A DNA stretch of 44,816 nt from Catajapyx aquilonaris (Eukaryota). The DNA is taken from contig KZ538843.1 of assembly GCA_000934665.2 (NCBI GenBank), forward strand, positions 1 through 44,816. Direction: 5' to 3'. The position numbers were made by a program, and so were the translations under genes. Shown one piece after another: positions 9,781 through 22,168 of the stretch. Positions within the stretch are counted from its first letter, which is position 1, and every line of letters begins with the position of its first letter. The notes beneath the pieces are model-generated. The model was not told the origin of the DNA. It was given only the letters and a program-made list of their open reading frames with translations, and searched no databases.

Positions 9781-12700
9781 ATTGTGTCAATTAGCTATGT
9801 TAATATACATTTGTCTGAAAATATCGACACGGTAAGTTATACATAAATATCGAAACTGTACATGAAAGGAATCTGATTCTCAAAGGAAGGGACGATCTTT
9901 GTATCCACTTTGCCGTCGCGTCGCGTCGTGTGGTTGATAGGGGTATAGAAACATGTCATGGAAAAAATTGGTCTGGCTCGCCAAGGCAAAAAAAAGGCCC
10001 ATTAGGCACCTTACTATATTGCGAATGTTGTGTACTTCCCAGGGGCAGGTTATGCAGTTCCTATGGGCGGCGGGCGCTGCCAGTGTTGTAACCTTGGTTG
10101 TAACTGGCACTGCTAAGTTAGCAGTAACTAGCAGTGAGACAAAAATTCAACCCTTACTTTATACAGAGAGTGAGCTATGCCCTATAGTTCCCAGTTCGAC
10201 AGGGTACTGGGAAAGAAGTTGCTGATTGTTAACTCCAGAAATCATTTATAAGAAAAGAAACCCGTTGGAAGAAACAGTGAGGCCCACATTCATTTGTCGT
10301 GATAAGATGCTTCAATTTGATATGGGGTAAACAATCCATGTTTTCTATTCCGCTTCCATTGTTCAAATGTGTGCATATGCCTAATAAATCCATATATACG
10401 GAGCCTTCAAATAATACTGTACAGTGTATATATACATACGGTATATGCCTACGTGCATTCATCGGAAATAACGAATGTCAATTATACAGTACTTCCAGAG
10501 TAGACAAATTTTTTTACACAATGAGCGCACTCAGGAAATTATTTCTGCCATTTAGATATTGGTATCAATAGTAATTAGATCTGTATAATTTAGTCAGATC
10601 AACTGGTTCAATTGGACTGTGAAATCCTTGATTGAAAGTAAACAATAAACACTACCAACAACATTGGTGTTATACAGGTTAGGCAGCATAAATCATAATA
10701 TTACTGCACGCATGTGATGCTCTATTGAATTTGCATCTGCAAATAAAACATTACCAAGTTAACTTTTGAATAAAAATTTGAAGCGGCCCTTTCACATTCC
10801 CAGAGCAGCAGGCTAGTTCAAAAATAGCAATAATCTAATGGTAAAACTCATTTCGTCGCAATCTGCGAGGAAAATATATGACTGCAAGGTATATAAAAGG
10901 TCGTAGAGTGTAATTTCCGACTAATTATTTCCGTTTGTGTCATCTGCAATGGTGCCAGATTACAAATGTGCGCGAAGGTCTTATTTAGAATGGTCTGACA
11001 CGCAAATGTGTGTTAATTACTCCTTGTAATTACCACGTACCTAAGGATTAGGCTATATCAAGTAGGGCCTACAGTTACGACGAGTTATTACAAAATCGGA
11101 CAACACGTGCCTTAGCATGCATTATGTTTTTTTTTGCCAGATCTGTGCATGGTCTGAGCAAGGTAATAATAAAAGCAAGTATAATAAAGACTGAATTCTT
11201 CCCGATTCCATATTTCATAGTTTTCTCGATAACGTCAGAGAGTGCACATAAATCATGGGCTTATGGATCAAAATCGCTACCATCCCGCAAGAATGGTTTG
11301 GACTTGTCATCCTTTGTCGTCTATTCGGTTCAAAAGTCCGGGGCCTGCTTCGTTCGGGGCTATATATAGTACTGTACTGTACGTCAAGGCAGCGGATATT
11401 TTTTATCTCGTTATACAATTATCCTCACTGAAGATTTTTGCCCATTAGTTCAATCCGTCCCAGAACTGGTCAATTTTCTGCTCAAATAAATCCAGCCAAA
11501 TAATGGTAATAATTTTTTTTTCTCCAGCTGGATGCTCCTCGCAAAGTTTGCTTCATCTCTGGATGGCTGGCTCGTCCCTGTTGTTTCGTTAACTGGGATT
11601 GCTCTTGTCAGGATTTATGCTCAAGTTAACCGAGTGTATGTGCAAGTAGTATTTGTCAAACGAAGTGGAGAAAACGTCCAAATTGGAGTGAACAAGTTTG
11701 ACCTCCAAAGTCAGTGTCTCTTTTTTGCTACATTCGACACGTGGATGTTGCCTGAGATATGATTGACGGAGGTAGTGAGGCGAGATATTTTCTTTTGTCA
11801 TTTTCCATCCCCCCCTCTTTCACAGAACTTTTCTCCGCCACCGAGTTTGTCACCTTCCTAATAGAATATAGAGAACAGGTTGTCAACCCCTTTCAACATT
11901 GCATATGTGCTCAGAACGGAAAGTCATAACCCAAAATGGTTGCAAAATGGACAACCTCTTTTCAGTGAAAGTATTCAGGGAGACTAAATAAATAAGTAAC
12001 TTAAATAAATAAATATATATAAATAACGTCAGATAAGAACACTGCCCATTGCATGATGATTGTTTTATATTATGAACTTACCCTCTGAGAGAGTCCGGTC
12101 TTACTGAAAACGACAACCCTCCCAGTACCAACCACTCTCAGTGCACTCTTGACACAAACAATCTAATCCAATTGACCAAAATGATCTGAGGTTAGAAACT
12201 GAGGCTGATGGAAACGTTGAAAACGTTGACATGAAGTCTCCACCGCAAGCAGCTCACAAGGACTACTGGAACGAGCTTATAGCTAAAGAGGTTTAAAACC
12301 ACCGAGGCTTGTTATCTCCAACTGACAAAGTTCCCAGGTAACAAGATTGAAAGTTTCAAGCAGAGTCAAAATTGGCCCGTCATTATTACCCACTTGCTAT
12401 GATCTGCTCAAACTGTTTGTATTACTGAAGAAGCATGCATATGTTAGCAAATTTGCATCTTTCACTTTTCCTGTACCTGGTGCACTGTCATGAGAAAAAA
12501 AGGATGTCGTAGTAACTAAGTAACTTGTCAAAAGCCTGTGTCCGCTTGAACTTTCTCCAACGTAGCGGAATACAAATGACGTAATCTCTCCCGAAGCATG
12601 AGGCATGTCCCACCCACCGCTTTATCTGAATGCAGCCCACTCCGGATCACCCAAAGCGACATGAGGTTCGGAAAAGCGTGAAGGTGTCATATGCCATGCG

Positions 12701-12818
12701 TTTGACAGATATGGCCGATAACACAGTATGCTTGTCAAAACTTGAGGCACCACTATGTGGTCAGGCGAGCTCAAAAACCTTTTGGGATAGACGATGTGGT
12801 AATAACGCTGGTGATCCG

Positions 12819-13018
12819 GTGTACTATCACCCAAACAAGGATTGTCGTAATCCTGGCTTGGATGCAACCCATTGCTTATCTGACCCCGTCCCTTATCTGC
12901 TTTGCTCGGCATCGAAGCCTCCTTAGCTGTCTTTGTGGACACACAATGCACACATGTGCAATGGGTTGCGTCCAATCCAGGATAACCCGCGACAATCCTT
13001 GTTTGGGCAATAGTACAC
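12819..13018. mobile_element. MITE-like inverted repeat (~57-bp arms), superfamily unclear
   Basis: GTGTACTATCACCCAAACAAGGATTGTCG..TCCTGG..TTGGATGCAACCCATTGC vs GCAATGGGTTGCGTCCAATCCAGGA..CGACAATCCTTGTTTGGGCAATAGTACAC. TSD not clear. Confidence 0.75.
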
Positions 13019-14299
13019 TCTTGAGGACAAAATAATCCGGAGTAATCCAGGTGAGGCCCTGTGAAGAGAATGTAATGCAATTCAGCCCAAATCCGCAGGA
13101 GAGCTCTTGAGGGACATTTGTTCTCAGGTGACATTTCCTTTCGAAAAACAGGACAATGGCAATAACTATTGACTATATAGCCAGTTGAAAGAATCTCTTT
13201 TCTTAGGGATCAAATTTTCCTGCACTGACACACAACATCACATGCCCACGAAATTCTTCGCTGGCTTGTTGGTATCACATGACACAGTATTACGTTCGAA
13301 AAGCATATCACTCTCCGAGACCAGCATCGGTCCGAGTTCACCTTGCAATCGATCATCCCTGACAGGTTGTACAAAAAAGATGGAAGAAAACATGACAGAT
13401 CGAGTGAAGGCAAAGCTGTCAGATTATCGAGTCATCACTGTACAAAAATCCCCGTAGTGAGTGGAGGTTAGATTTTGATCCAAAGGCGAATCGGAGGCTG
13501 TAAGGTGGTAAAAGGTGGAGAGAACCTTCACCATTTGCCAACTACTGGCCCTCAACACAACATCATTGAAAAGGAGAGGATGGGTAGAGGATGAGGCGTG
13601 GATTGGGAGGAGGAAAAGGGCTTTCATTTATGTCGACGCCACACTTTCCGACAGTCTCCCGTCAGCGAGAAACGACCTCTGCCTGCCGTCTTTTGGCGCA
13701 TCTGCGTCATGCCTAAAGGTGCCAACCTGCAGCTGACGACACAGCAAAACTTGCTCTTTTTCACTTTTTATTCAGTTTTTAGACCCACCTCGCATCTTCT
13801 TTTTTACGCTCAGATTTTTGTCTTCGGTGTTAATATTCTGTTCAACAATGGGCTAACAAAGGACTTATACATCATTATCGATCCTTGTGGTATCGGACCG
13901 AGCCACCATGATGTGGCTACACATGCCCTCCGCACTGGGGGGGGGGGGGGGGGGNGGGGGGGGGGAGCAAAATAATAGCTGGAAATTTTACACCATTCAC
14001 GAAACATGAATCATAATTTACAATTTGTTCCTGCTGACAGATAATGCCTCGTTCCTTTTAGCCAAAGCCCTCTCCCGCCTGGCTGATTCGTGGAGCCAAT
14101 ATTTTTGCACAAAACCCAGACTGCACTGCAAAATCCGGATTGTCGTCGTAACACCCGCAGAATCATACGTACAGATTGTCATCCTTCCAAACTATTATTT
14201 TTTGAACTGTTATGATTTGCGACACTGTTTGCACAATCCTGAAGCATATGCAGTGGTCACTACAAAAACTTTGCAGTTCCTAATAAAAAGTGATCATTG

Positions 14300-14345
14300 T
14301 ATTATTATTACCAGTATTATTATTATTATTGTTATTATTATTATT

Positions 14346-14378
<33 letters not shown>

Positions 14379-14399
14379 CTTATTATTATTATTATTATT
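14300..14399 (+). repeat. Compound microsatellite (ATT)n(GTT)n(ATT)n
   Basis: Directly visible; it produces the poly-Ile/Val stretch of the spurious ORF 14025-14489. Confidence 0.95.
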
Positions 14400-14576
14400 C
14401 TCAATATGATTATGTGCATGCCTGAAACTACAGTAAATTGCAGTCATAACTTTTACAGCCTATTGCGTCGCACCATGTCATCACTCTGAGCTGCACGTAA
14501 TAAGCAATGGCGGAGTTGCAACAAATGCTAGGCAGTTACAAGAAAAGAATTCAATTAGCGAAACCCGAGTCATCTC

Positions 14577-14951
14577 CACACACACACACACACACACCCA
14601 CTAACTCTTGTCTTGACTAAGGCGTGGGGACGGACATTGATCACTTTTCACTGCGAGTGTTAACTGATCTAACCTAACCTAACCTAACCTTACCTAACCT
14701 ATCCTACCTAACCTACCCTACCCTAAGTAACCTAGGCTGAGAAAAATGGACTTTTGTGAAAACCTACAAATGAAAATAGTGGGGACATGTCCCCACTAAT
14801 TTACACATGTCCCCACTGTAATGGTACACTTCGCGTGTGTGAGACTGTGGGGACCGACAAATGTCCCCACAATTGGAACTGGTCCCCACAGCTACAGTAA
14901 AACCACAGACTTCCGTCCCCAGACCTTAGTCAAGACCTGATCACACACACA
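14577..14951. mobile_element. Non-autonomous inverted-repeat element inside a (CA)n tract, carrying telomere-like (TAACC)n
   Basis: (CA)n on both sides (14577-14597, 14942-14951); IR GTCTTGACTAAGG..TGGGGACGGA at 14610-14634 and 14912-14936; several GTCCCCAC/GTGGGGAC motifs; degenerate (TAACC)n at ~14670-14733. Confidence 0.75.
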
Positions 14952-15822
14952 TGGCATTTACGAGCCAAGCGGCCAAATATGGTATAGCTGACAGCGCTGC
15001 AATCCAAGTCTATATAAGCCTCTCCATGTTCCCAGATGCCAGTGCAATGCAAATGCCAGAGGAGCAGGCAACGCAAATGAATCCCCGCCATGCAAAGTGG
15101 ATGCAGCTTTACCAACCCCAGTTGGTATTTTGACTAAGAGCCAATTATGCGTGCTATGAGACGACTGCAAAGCGACACACGTAAAAAAAGATGGAGGTCG
15201 ACTTGCGAGAAAAGTGGTCGATATTGTGAGAAAAATAAATGCGACGGCACGATGTGAAGCGTGTATCGTATCTAATGGTCAAAGGTCATTATGTATCGTG
15301 CGGTAAGTAACAATCACCTGTTTTAAGAGAATGCTCCGTGAAATAATTTTGCCACGTAACTGTCAAGGAATTTCCTAATGGATCATATCTTCACTTGTGG
15401 GACACACAAGCATGCCTAAGAATCCAGATGAGTGCTGATTTCATTCGAATATATTATAATATGGTTTTGCCGCATTCAAAATTATGAGGCGAAATGCAAA
15501 ATTACAGCATTTTCAAATGTGTAAAGCATTTCTATATGAAGATGACAATAGTGCTGTAAGGAAAAAAAACGTGTGTCAAGTTAACATGCACTGTATTACT
15601 ATTGCATGCAGTACAACAGAAACCTGCTCAGTAAGAATAACTTCGCCAGGTTTCGCTGCATTTTGATCGCATGCTGTAGGTGCAAATTGTCTAATGATTA
15701 TTTTATGCCCCCTTCATGCTGCCTTTTTAGTTTTTTTGAGATGTGTATTAGTAACTAACAGTAAAGATGCCCGCCTCTACCTATCGACACCAACCTTATA
15801 CCCACTGCGCAATCCACGAGTA

Positions 15823-15874
15823 AACATAAAATATACGGTAGATTCAGCTTGGAATCTACCGTATATTTTATGTT
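15823..15874. repeat. Perfect hairpin, 23-bp arms, 6-nt loop
   Basis: AACATAAAATATACGGTAGATTC-AGCTTG-GAATCTACCGTATATTTTATGTT. Confidence 0.9.
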
Positions 15875-16065
15875 CGAGTTATTTAGCCATAGCCCAATTT
15901 GAAATCAGCTCTGCGCATGCGCAGTGGTGCGACAAGATCCTGCACACGCGTGGATATATGACCATGACCTCATATAGTCTATACTTCGACACCATTGACT
16001 GTGAGCATGCGATTTCTATAAGTAAATTTAAGCTTCATTTATGCAAAATAAAAATAAAACATTAA

Positions 16066-16284
16066 GGGCCGAATTCAGAGAGGTTGCTTAACGTAAACGC
16101 GCCCGATTAAATCCTTTAGTCATCCTCGATTAGCAAATTTAAAAGTGCTAGCAAGTGCGATTAGGGGGCGTTTAGCGCTAATCGCCGTCTTTGTATTAGC
16201 AGGTTGGTTAAATTTGCTAATCGAGGATGACTGAAGGATTTAATTGGGCGCGTTTACGTTAAGCAACCTCTCTGAATTCGGCCC
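16066..16284. mobile_element. PIF/Harbinger (Tourist-like) MITE, almost fully palindromic
   Basis: TAA TSD on both sides; GGGCCGAATTCAGAGAGGTTGCTTAACGTAAACGCGCCC... with ~77-bp near-perfect arms. Confidence 0.9.
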
Positions 16285-17271
16285 TAATCTAACTGCAACA
16301 AAATTGCAAATTTTATGACGTCACAATGTTACAGAGCCTAATCCGGTTTGTGAAAATGTTCTCTATTGAACAGGTTTCCTTTATACAGGAAATTACGTAG
16401 AAATCCCCCGCCCAGCAGATTATAATCTTTACTTACTTTTCAACATAGTGTATAATATTCGGAGATATGCACTTGCCCCAATGTCAGACAACCTTCGCCT
16501 TAGGCAGATTCCTATCAGACTCACTCACTGTCAGAGGAACAGCAAAAGAACAAGTGTGCAAAATCATAATCATTTACAGATAATACAGAGATGTTTTGGA
16601 ATCGTCTCTTTAAAAATAAAGATGTGTGGACTTTTTATACCTGTTTCCATGTTGACTGTATTTCAAATGAGATTGCAAACATAAAATTACGTTATGTTCT
16701 TTTTTGCGATCGCAGTAAAACCAGAGGCAGCATAGCCCAACGCAATAAATAAGGGAAGCAATCTGCACAGATGATTTCTTTATGAATTCCTTTGAAAGTG
16801 AACGTCGAGCGACTCGGACAACTACGCAACCAGGGTTTCCCAGTATATAGTACAGAGTGGTTAAATTATTACTACTGTAATACAGTACAATGGGACTTTT
16901 TTTTGGCGCCAACCAATATTTCGTGCACCCTGAAAACTGGTCAAACTGCACTTATCCAACAGCGACACCATATCATATAAGTAAAAATCTATTTGATGCC
17001 TTTTCGGAAGTTTAAGTATTGGCACACATGCACATCAAATCTAGGTGGATTAAGTTGGGAAAGTTACTTCTTAATGGTAACAAATTACAGTGAGTGAACT
17101 GAGTAGTCAGTTTCCAGCCAAGTTTCCAAGCAGTATTAACCAATTAAATGCGTCTAAGATGTTACATTGCAATCACTTCTGATCATTACCTCCCTAAGTT
17201 AAAAATTTAATGCCGTTTTTTCATCTCGCACGATAGGCGTAGCATCTGATGAAATAGAGTTAATAGACAAT

Positions 17272-17419
17272 TTTATTTATTTATTTATTTTATTTATGTA
17301 ACCCCGTTATGGGGCAGCGCCCCTTTAGGGGGACAACTCTGCCTGCATATAAGAAAGGCCAGAGGTTATTCACATACATAGGTCCATCCTCTTAAGCACA
17401 TTTGCAAAAAAATTATATA
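17272..17419 (-). mobile_element. 5'-truncated retroposon 3' end (LINE or SINE tail)
   Basis: 16-bp TSD AGAGTTAATAGACAAT (17256-17271, 17420-17435); (TAAA)n tail on the minus strand; GC-rich 3' motif CCCCCTAAAGGGGC..ACGGGGTTAC. Confidence 0.85.
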
Positions 17420-17959
17420 AGAGTTAATAGACAATAAGATTGCAATGATTGCCAGAAAAATGACGTCAGTATAATCCATATTAATGTCTACAAACGTTCA
17501 GGTAAATCTTAGCCACAGGAAAATCATTCTTGAAAAGTATCATTTTGCTGACGCGACGCAGCCTCTGAACTGACAGTGAGATGATTAGCTTTTGTTGTGT
17601 AGTGTGGCGTATCATAGAAGGTTTTCAACCCGTTGCACACGGTTAGCTCATCTTAGAAAAACTAGACATTCGTATTCACATTGCGTCTCACGAGTTGAAA
17701 ACTTTCCGGAATATGTTTTACCACCGTACACCATAAAAAAGCAGTTATCAAACTCGGGATTACGTCACTATACGTGGGGGCGTGTAATACTTGACTACAA
17801 GCTGACATACTCTAATACGACAAAAGTTCAACAGCCATCAGAACAAACAGGCCACTGAGGTGCTCCTGGTCATTTCAGGTAACAGTCCTCATTCTTGTTC
17901 GAGATCATGGGCGATCCAGCTCATGCTGGGGTGCAGACCCGTGTGACACGATTCCCTAT

Positions 17960-18365
17960 TACCTCCTTGTAGAGCTGTGGATATAGGGAACAGACGGAAT
18001 GAAAGAGTCGTCTGAGGAGGTATAGTTCAGCCATTAGACTGCGTGGGTGGCTGAAAGAGGTACGAGCAGGAAGTAAGGTGCGACAAGGGAAAAGGTTGGA
18101 GGAAATCTGGGTGGAAAAAAGAAGAGACCCAGGAGATAGCTCCGGAGGTATTCGTGGAAGAATATGGTGGGAGTAGGACGAGTAGGAGTGGGAAGAACAA
18201 CGTTGTTGAAACTTCAAAGATCCTACTTATATGATAAATATCCGGACGAGCATCATCCTGATACATTTCACCTTGTACAGTGCCTACTTCTCATTCCTTC
18301 GATGAATGATAATAGGATTCTCTGGCACTTGACCATATGGCATCAACATCACAGAAAATAGCTGA
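17960..18365 (-). pseudogene. Possible heavily decayed LINE ORF2 C-terminal region (CR1/L2-like)
   Basis: Fragments in different frames (DAIWSS, VQ/KCIRMML, TLLPARTSFSHPRSL) loosely follow the order of the post-RT region of CR1/L2 LINEs. Weak, by-eye only. Confidence 0.3.
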
Positions 18366-20371
18366 ACCCCTCTAAAGTAAAGCATTAATGCTCCCACTTA
18401 ATCACCAGAATGGCGTCGTAATTTATGTATTGTTTCATGTAATAAGAGATAATATGGAAAATTGAGTGCAGATGAAATAGACGTGTCAGCTTGATTGTAA
18501 TCTTAGAAGGCCTCAGTGGACCTAATTGAGTAGTGGCTGAGAAGCCGTAAAGGAGCACGGTAAACTCAATAATAACCTTGACTGCCCACGCTTCTGAGCA
18601 TGGAACTATTGTCCATGATTTTCCAGAAGGCTTTATATATAAGCTAAATATTATTACGCCGACGAAATTGAGCTTTTTGTTACAATAAAAGGATTACGTC
18701 TAAAAAGAGCGTGTGAGAGGCTGGAATATGAGGCAGAGCAGAAGAGAGATGAAATCGAGGCAATTAATGGCACGGATTTCGCTCGAATGGCCTGGGTAGA
18801 TTGGGGGTGCTATTGCCTGACCGACAGTCTGTCACACCTTACAAAGGCAATTACAGATGAAAGCCTCGAATTTTTCCGCTAGGGATCAAAATGCCCGTGT
18901 GTCGCCTGCAGCCTGCTGTACCTTTCTTGTGCTCCTACATTCCCTTCCAGAGACATGAAACAGATCATTTGTAGCTCAACTCGGCCTTCACCCTCTAGGG
19001 ACAGATGAGGTGGGTGCATCAGATTTTGAAGTTCTATCCTACTGTTCGTCTGGTGTCAAGCAGATTTAGTGGGTGGGTAGGTTCTAAGCCTCAGAATTAC
19101 TGCTTCAGTATTTATTCGCAACCACGTCGAGTACGGTTGACTGTCTCATTTGCATTTCATCCACCCTTGTAAAACAGTGTTTTTAAAGCAATTTACTACC
19201 ACATTGCAACGCAATGAATCACACGTATTGTAGTCGTTTGTAACTACAGATATTTGACTTTAGTTAGCAAGGTGTAGTTGGCTTACTAACAGAATAACAA
19301 CTTCCTCTTAGTTTTTCATTGGGAACAATTTTCATGATTACAGTGCGGCATATCCTGCAGTAAAAAGCAAAATCCGTGTCAACATTTATTCCAGTATAGC
19401 CCACTCTTACGTGTGATCTGACCCGTTGAGCTCGAAATGCTGATGGCAAACCAAGCGACTCAAATCTGAGAGCAAACAATCAAGCCGAGTCTTAGGGACC
19501 ACCCGATAAGAAGACAACAAAAAAAGAGACAACTAAGATGGATGAGAGGATTCTCTTTCTTCCGACGGCATCACCCTGACCTTTACCCGAGGAGGGACTA
19601 GATCGCTTTTTCCATTTGCACCCACTCCGGCCCATTGGGAGAATCAATATTTTTCCTCCCTCCTCCTCCTCCCCCCCCCCATCCCCCACCTCACTTGATA
19701 CCTCGCAAGGGAATTATTTATAAGCTCACGAAAGAAGGTTCTCTGAGCTCTTGCGCAACTATAACTGCTTGCTTCATGACTTCTAAAACAAAGAAGCTTC
19801 AAGAAATCACTGGACACTGTACGTAGGAAATAGTTTTCGGAATTGCCGGGTCAGATTACAAGCGTTATGCAAATTGTTGGAAAATGTTATTTCTGTTCGC
19901 TGACCCCAAATTATTCCCTTCCTCCCACGTATTAGTTAGTTGCTATTCATACCGAGAACAATTTCCGTTGGCGGAGATGAAAAGAGAAATGTTTACAAAA
20001 CTTTGAACCCTGACATTTCCTTCAAATTAAAGTGCTGTTACTTTTTTTTCTTACTCCGGCTTTAATTAATGCCAAATATAATGGTTCACCATTTGAATTG
20101 CTACATTTTAGTGCTTCAATATACTATGCCTGATACCGTAGACTTTGATGCTCCATTATTGAATCTTCTGCAAACAGGACACACATGGCCAAGCAAAATG
20201 GTATGATTTGTAATGATAGGACATATGTATAAAAGGCTATGATTCTGGTTCACCGAGTACTCAAAGGAGGTCAATAATATGCCATAATATGTTTATTACA
20301 AGTCTGTGTGTACAAAACTATTCAACTCTACTCCCTTGCCATACTATACAACTACAAATTGAACGCATTAA

Positions 20372-20491
20372 CCTCCTGAGACCCCTAGTACACCTTTCAA
20401 TCATCTTTTTTTGTTTTTTACGCGTTTGAGTTAGTCAGAAGGTGCTGGAAAAAACAAAGGTACAGTATACTGTACCAGGGGTCTCAGGAGG
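20372..20491. mobile_element. piggyBac-like MITE (120 bp)
   Basis: TTAA-CCTCCTGAGACCCCT ... AGGGGTCTCAGGAGG-TTAT; CC...GG termini with TTAA target (right copy mutated). Confidence 0.8.
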
Positions 20492-22130
20492 TTATATGTG
20501 TTGAAAAGTTATGTTCAAACCATTTAAAATACACACCAATTTCACTGCCACGTGAAATGTGATGTGGGTTCGAAGCAATTAAATTACACTACACTGCACA
20601 CGAAGTCATTTGCCTATAAAAAGTTGGCCCCGAAATTGTTCTAGAAAGCCTCCATCGCACAGACCTAGAAATCAATCTAGTACTAATAGCGCAAATTGAA
20701 AGCGCCCATAAAAGTGCGCAATGTGGCGCCCATTCCCACTTAGCTTCCCACTGATTGCTTCTCTTAGACGTGCTTGAGCTGGTCTCCTGCAGGACAGCTT
20801 CAATTTTGAGCCCGGTTCCAGACAAAAAAAAAAGGAAGAGAGAGGGGGGTAGGAGGGGGGGGGACATACAGAACCAACCATCTTCCCCATGCAGTTTGAG
20901 TAGCTCCTCTCTCTGGGACTCTGAATCGGAAATCAATATGGCTGCCCTTGACCCAGAAGGCTAGTTTCCCATCCATTTCCGCCAGTTGTCAGCAACGGGA
21001 GCCTGCAGCAGCAGGAACCAATGGAGAACGTGCCTTCCATATTGCACACCATGCATGACGAAAAAAAAAGTGAGAGATAATTATGCGAGTTCTCCATTCT
21101 AATCATGGCATCATTCAAGTTTAAAAACAGTTCTGGTCGGACTGGCTTTGGATTCAGAGATGCGTGCAAAGCTGTGTGTAGCCCACGCGTATTGTTGAAT
21201 TACACTCGCATTCTGGCCAATCCCCTACAGAAATGCAGGGGCATGGCGCTAATTTGTTCCCCCTTTGTTCATGCCGGACAGAAGCTTAGCACCGCAACAT
21301 GCTGTTGAAAGCCTAATTGATTCTACCGAGGAGGTCTCCAAGGATGGCCATTTTCAGTCTGATTAAACATGGCTGCCCGCAGCGTATACCTAACGGGGCC
21401 TAGCTCCAATAATACCCTAACCTTAAAAAAAATAGTGGAGCATCTCTCATACTCGGATAGATTATCATCCAGAATATACAAATTCGCAAATGCATAAGCT
21501 CACCAATTATGCAAATAATACGTCCTCGCTAGCGCAGACCTCGGCGTAACTGCAGCAACACGTCCGAATTAGGGTTACCTCTGGCCCATGGACTAATTAA
21601 GAGACTTGTATCTGGTTAGGAGAGGCGGTTGGGCCGGAAATGGGGGGCACTTTGTAAAATGGTAGTATATTAATAGCCGTTAGTTCTGTTATCTTTGAGC
21701 AAAAGGGGAGGGAAAGAGGCGCAAGCTTCAGAATAGTTATCTAGTTAGGAAACTGTTTGGAAATTCAAGAGAGCGTCCTTTCTGCTACCAATTTAACTTG
21801 AAAGAGCTTGCTCAGAATGCATTTGATGCTACTCGCATTGGCGCCAAATGCTCAACGGAGACACCGACGCAAATCGGAACTTTTTTTTCCAGTGCAGTGT
21901 ATGGACTTTGCATGCCCTACACTAATGAACCCTGCGCACAGCTGCATTCGCAAAATTAGGACGCTCCTAACACCCAACCACCTTGGCACGCTTATATCCT
22001 AACAATAGGGCTTCCTGCTCGACGCGTCATCACGACGGGTTGCCTGCTGGCCAGGATATAATCCACTCCTGCAGGAATAATTGGCCATAACAATGAGATT
22101 GCAGAGCAGGTACTAGGGGAGGGGGGGGGG

Positions 22131-22168
22131 NNNNNNNNNNNNNNNNNNNNNNNNNNNNNNNNNNNNNN
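22131..22168. other. Assembly gap within a poly-G tract
   Basis: Run of N flanked by G homopolymer; single Ns also occur in poly-C/G runs near 273 and 13955. Confidence 0.95.

Noticed and set aside
12622..13134. 170-aa ORF with an apparent internal repeat (PGLDATHC, DNPCLG)
   Set aside because: The repeated peptides come from reading through the DNA inverted repeat at 12819-13018.
14025..14489. 154-aa ORF with an apparent transmembrane segment
   Set aside because: The hydrophobic stretch is a translated (ATT)n/(GTT)n microsatellite.
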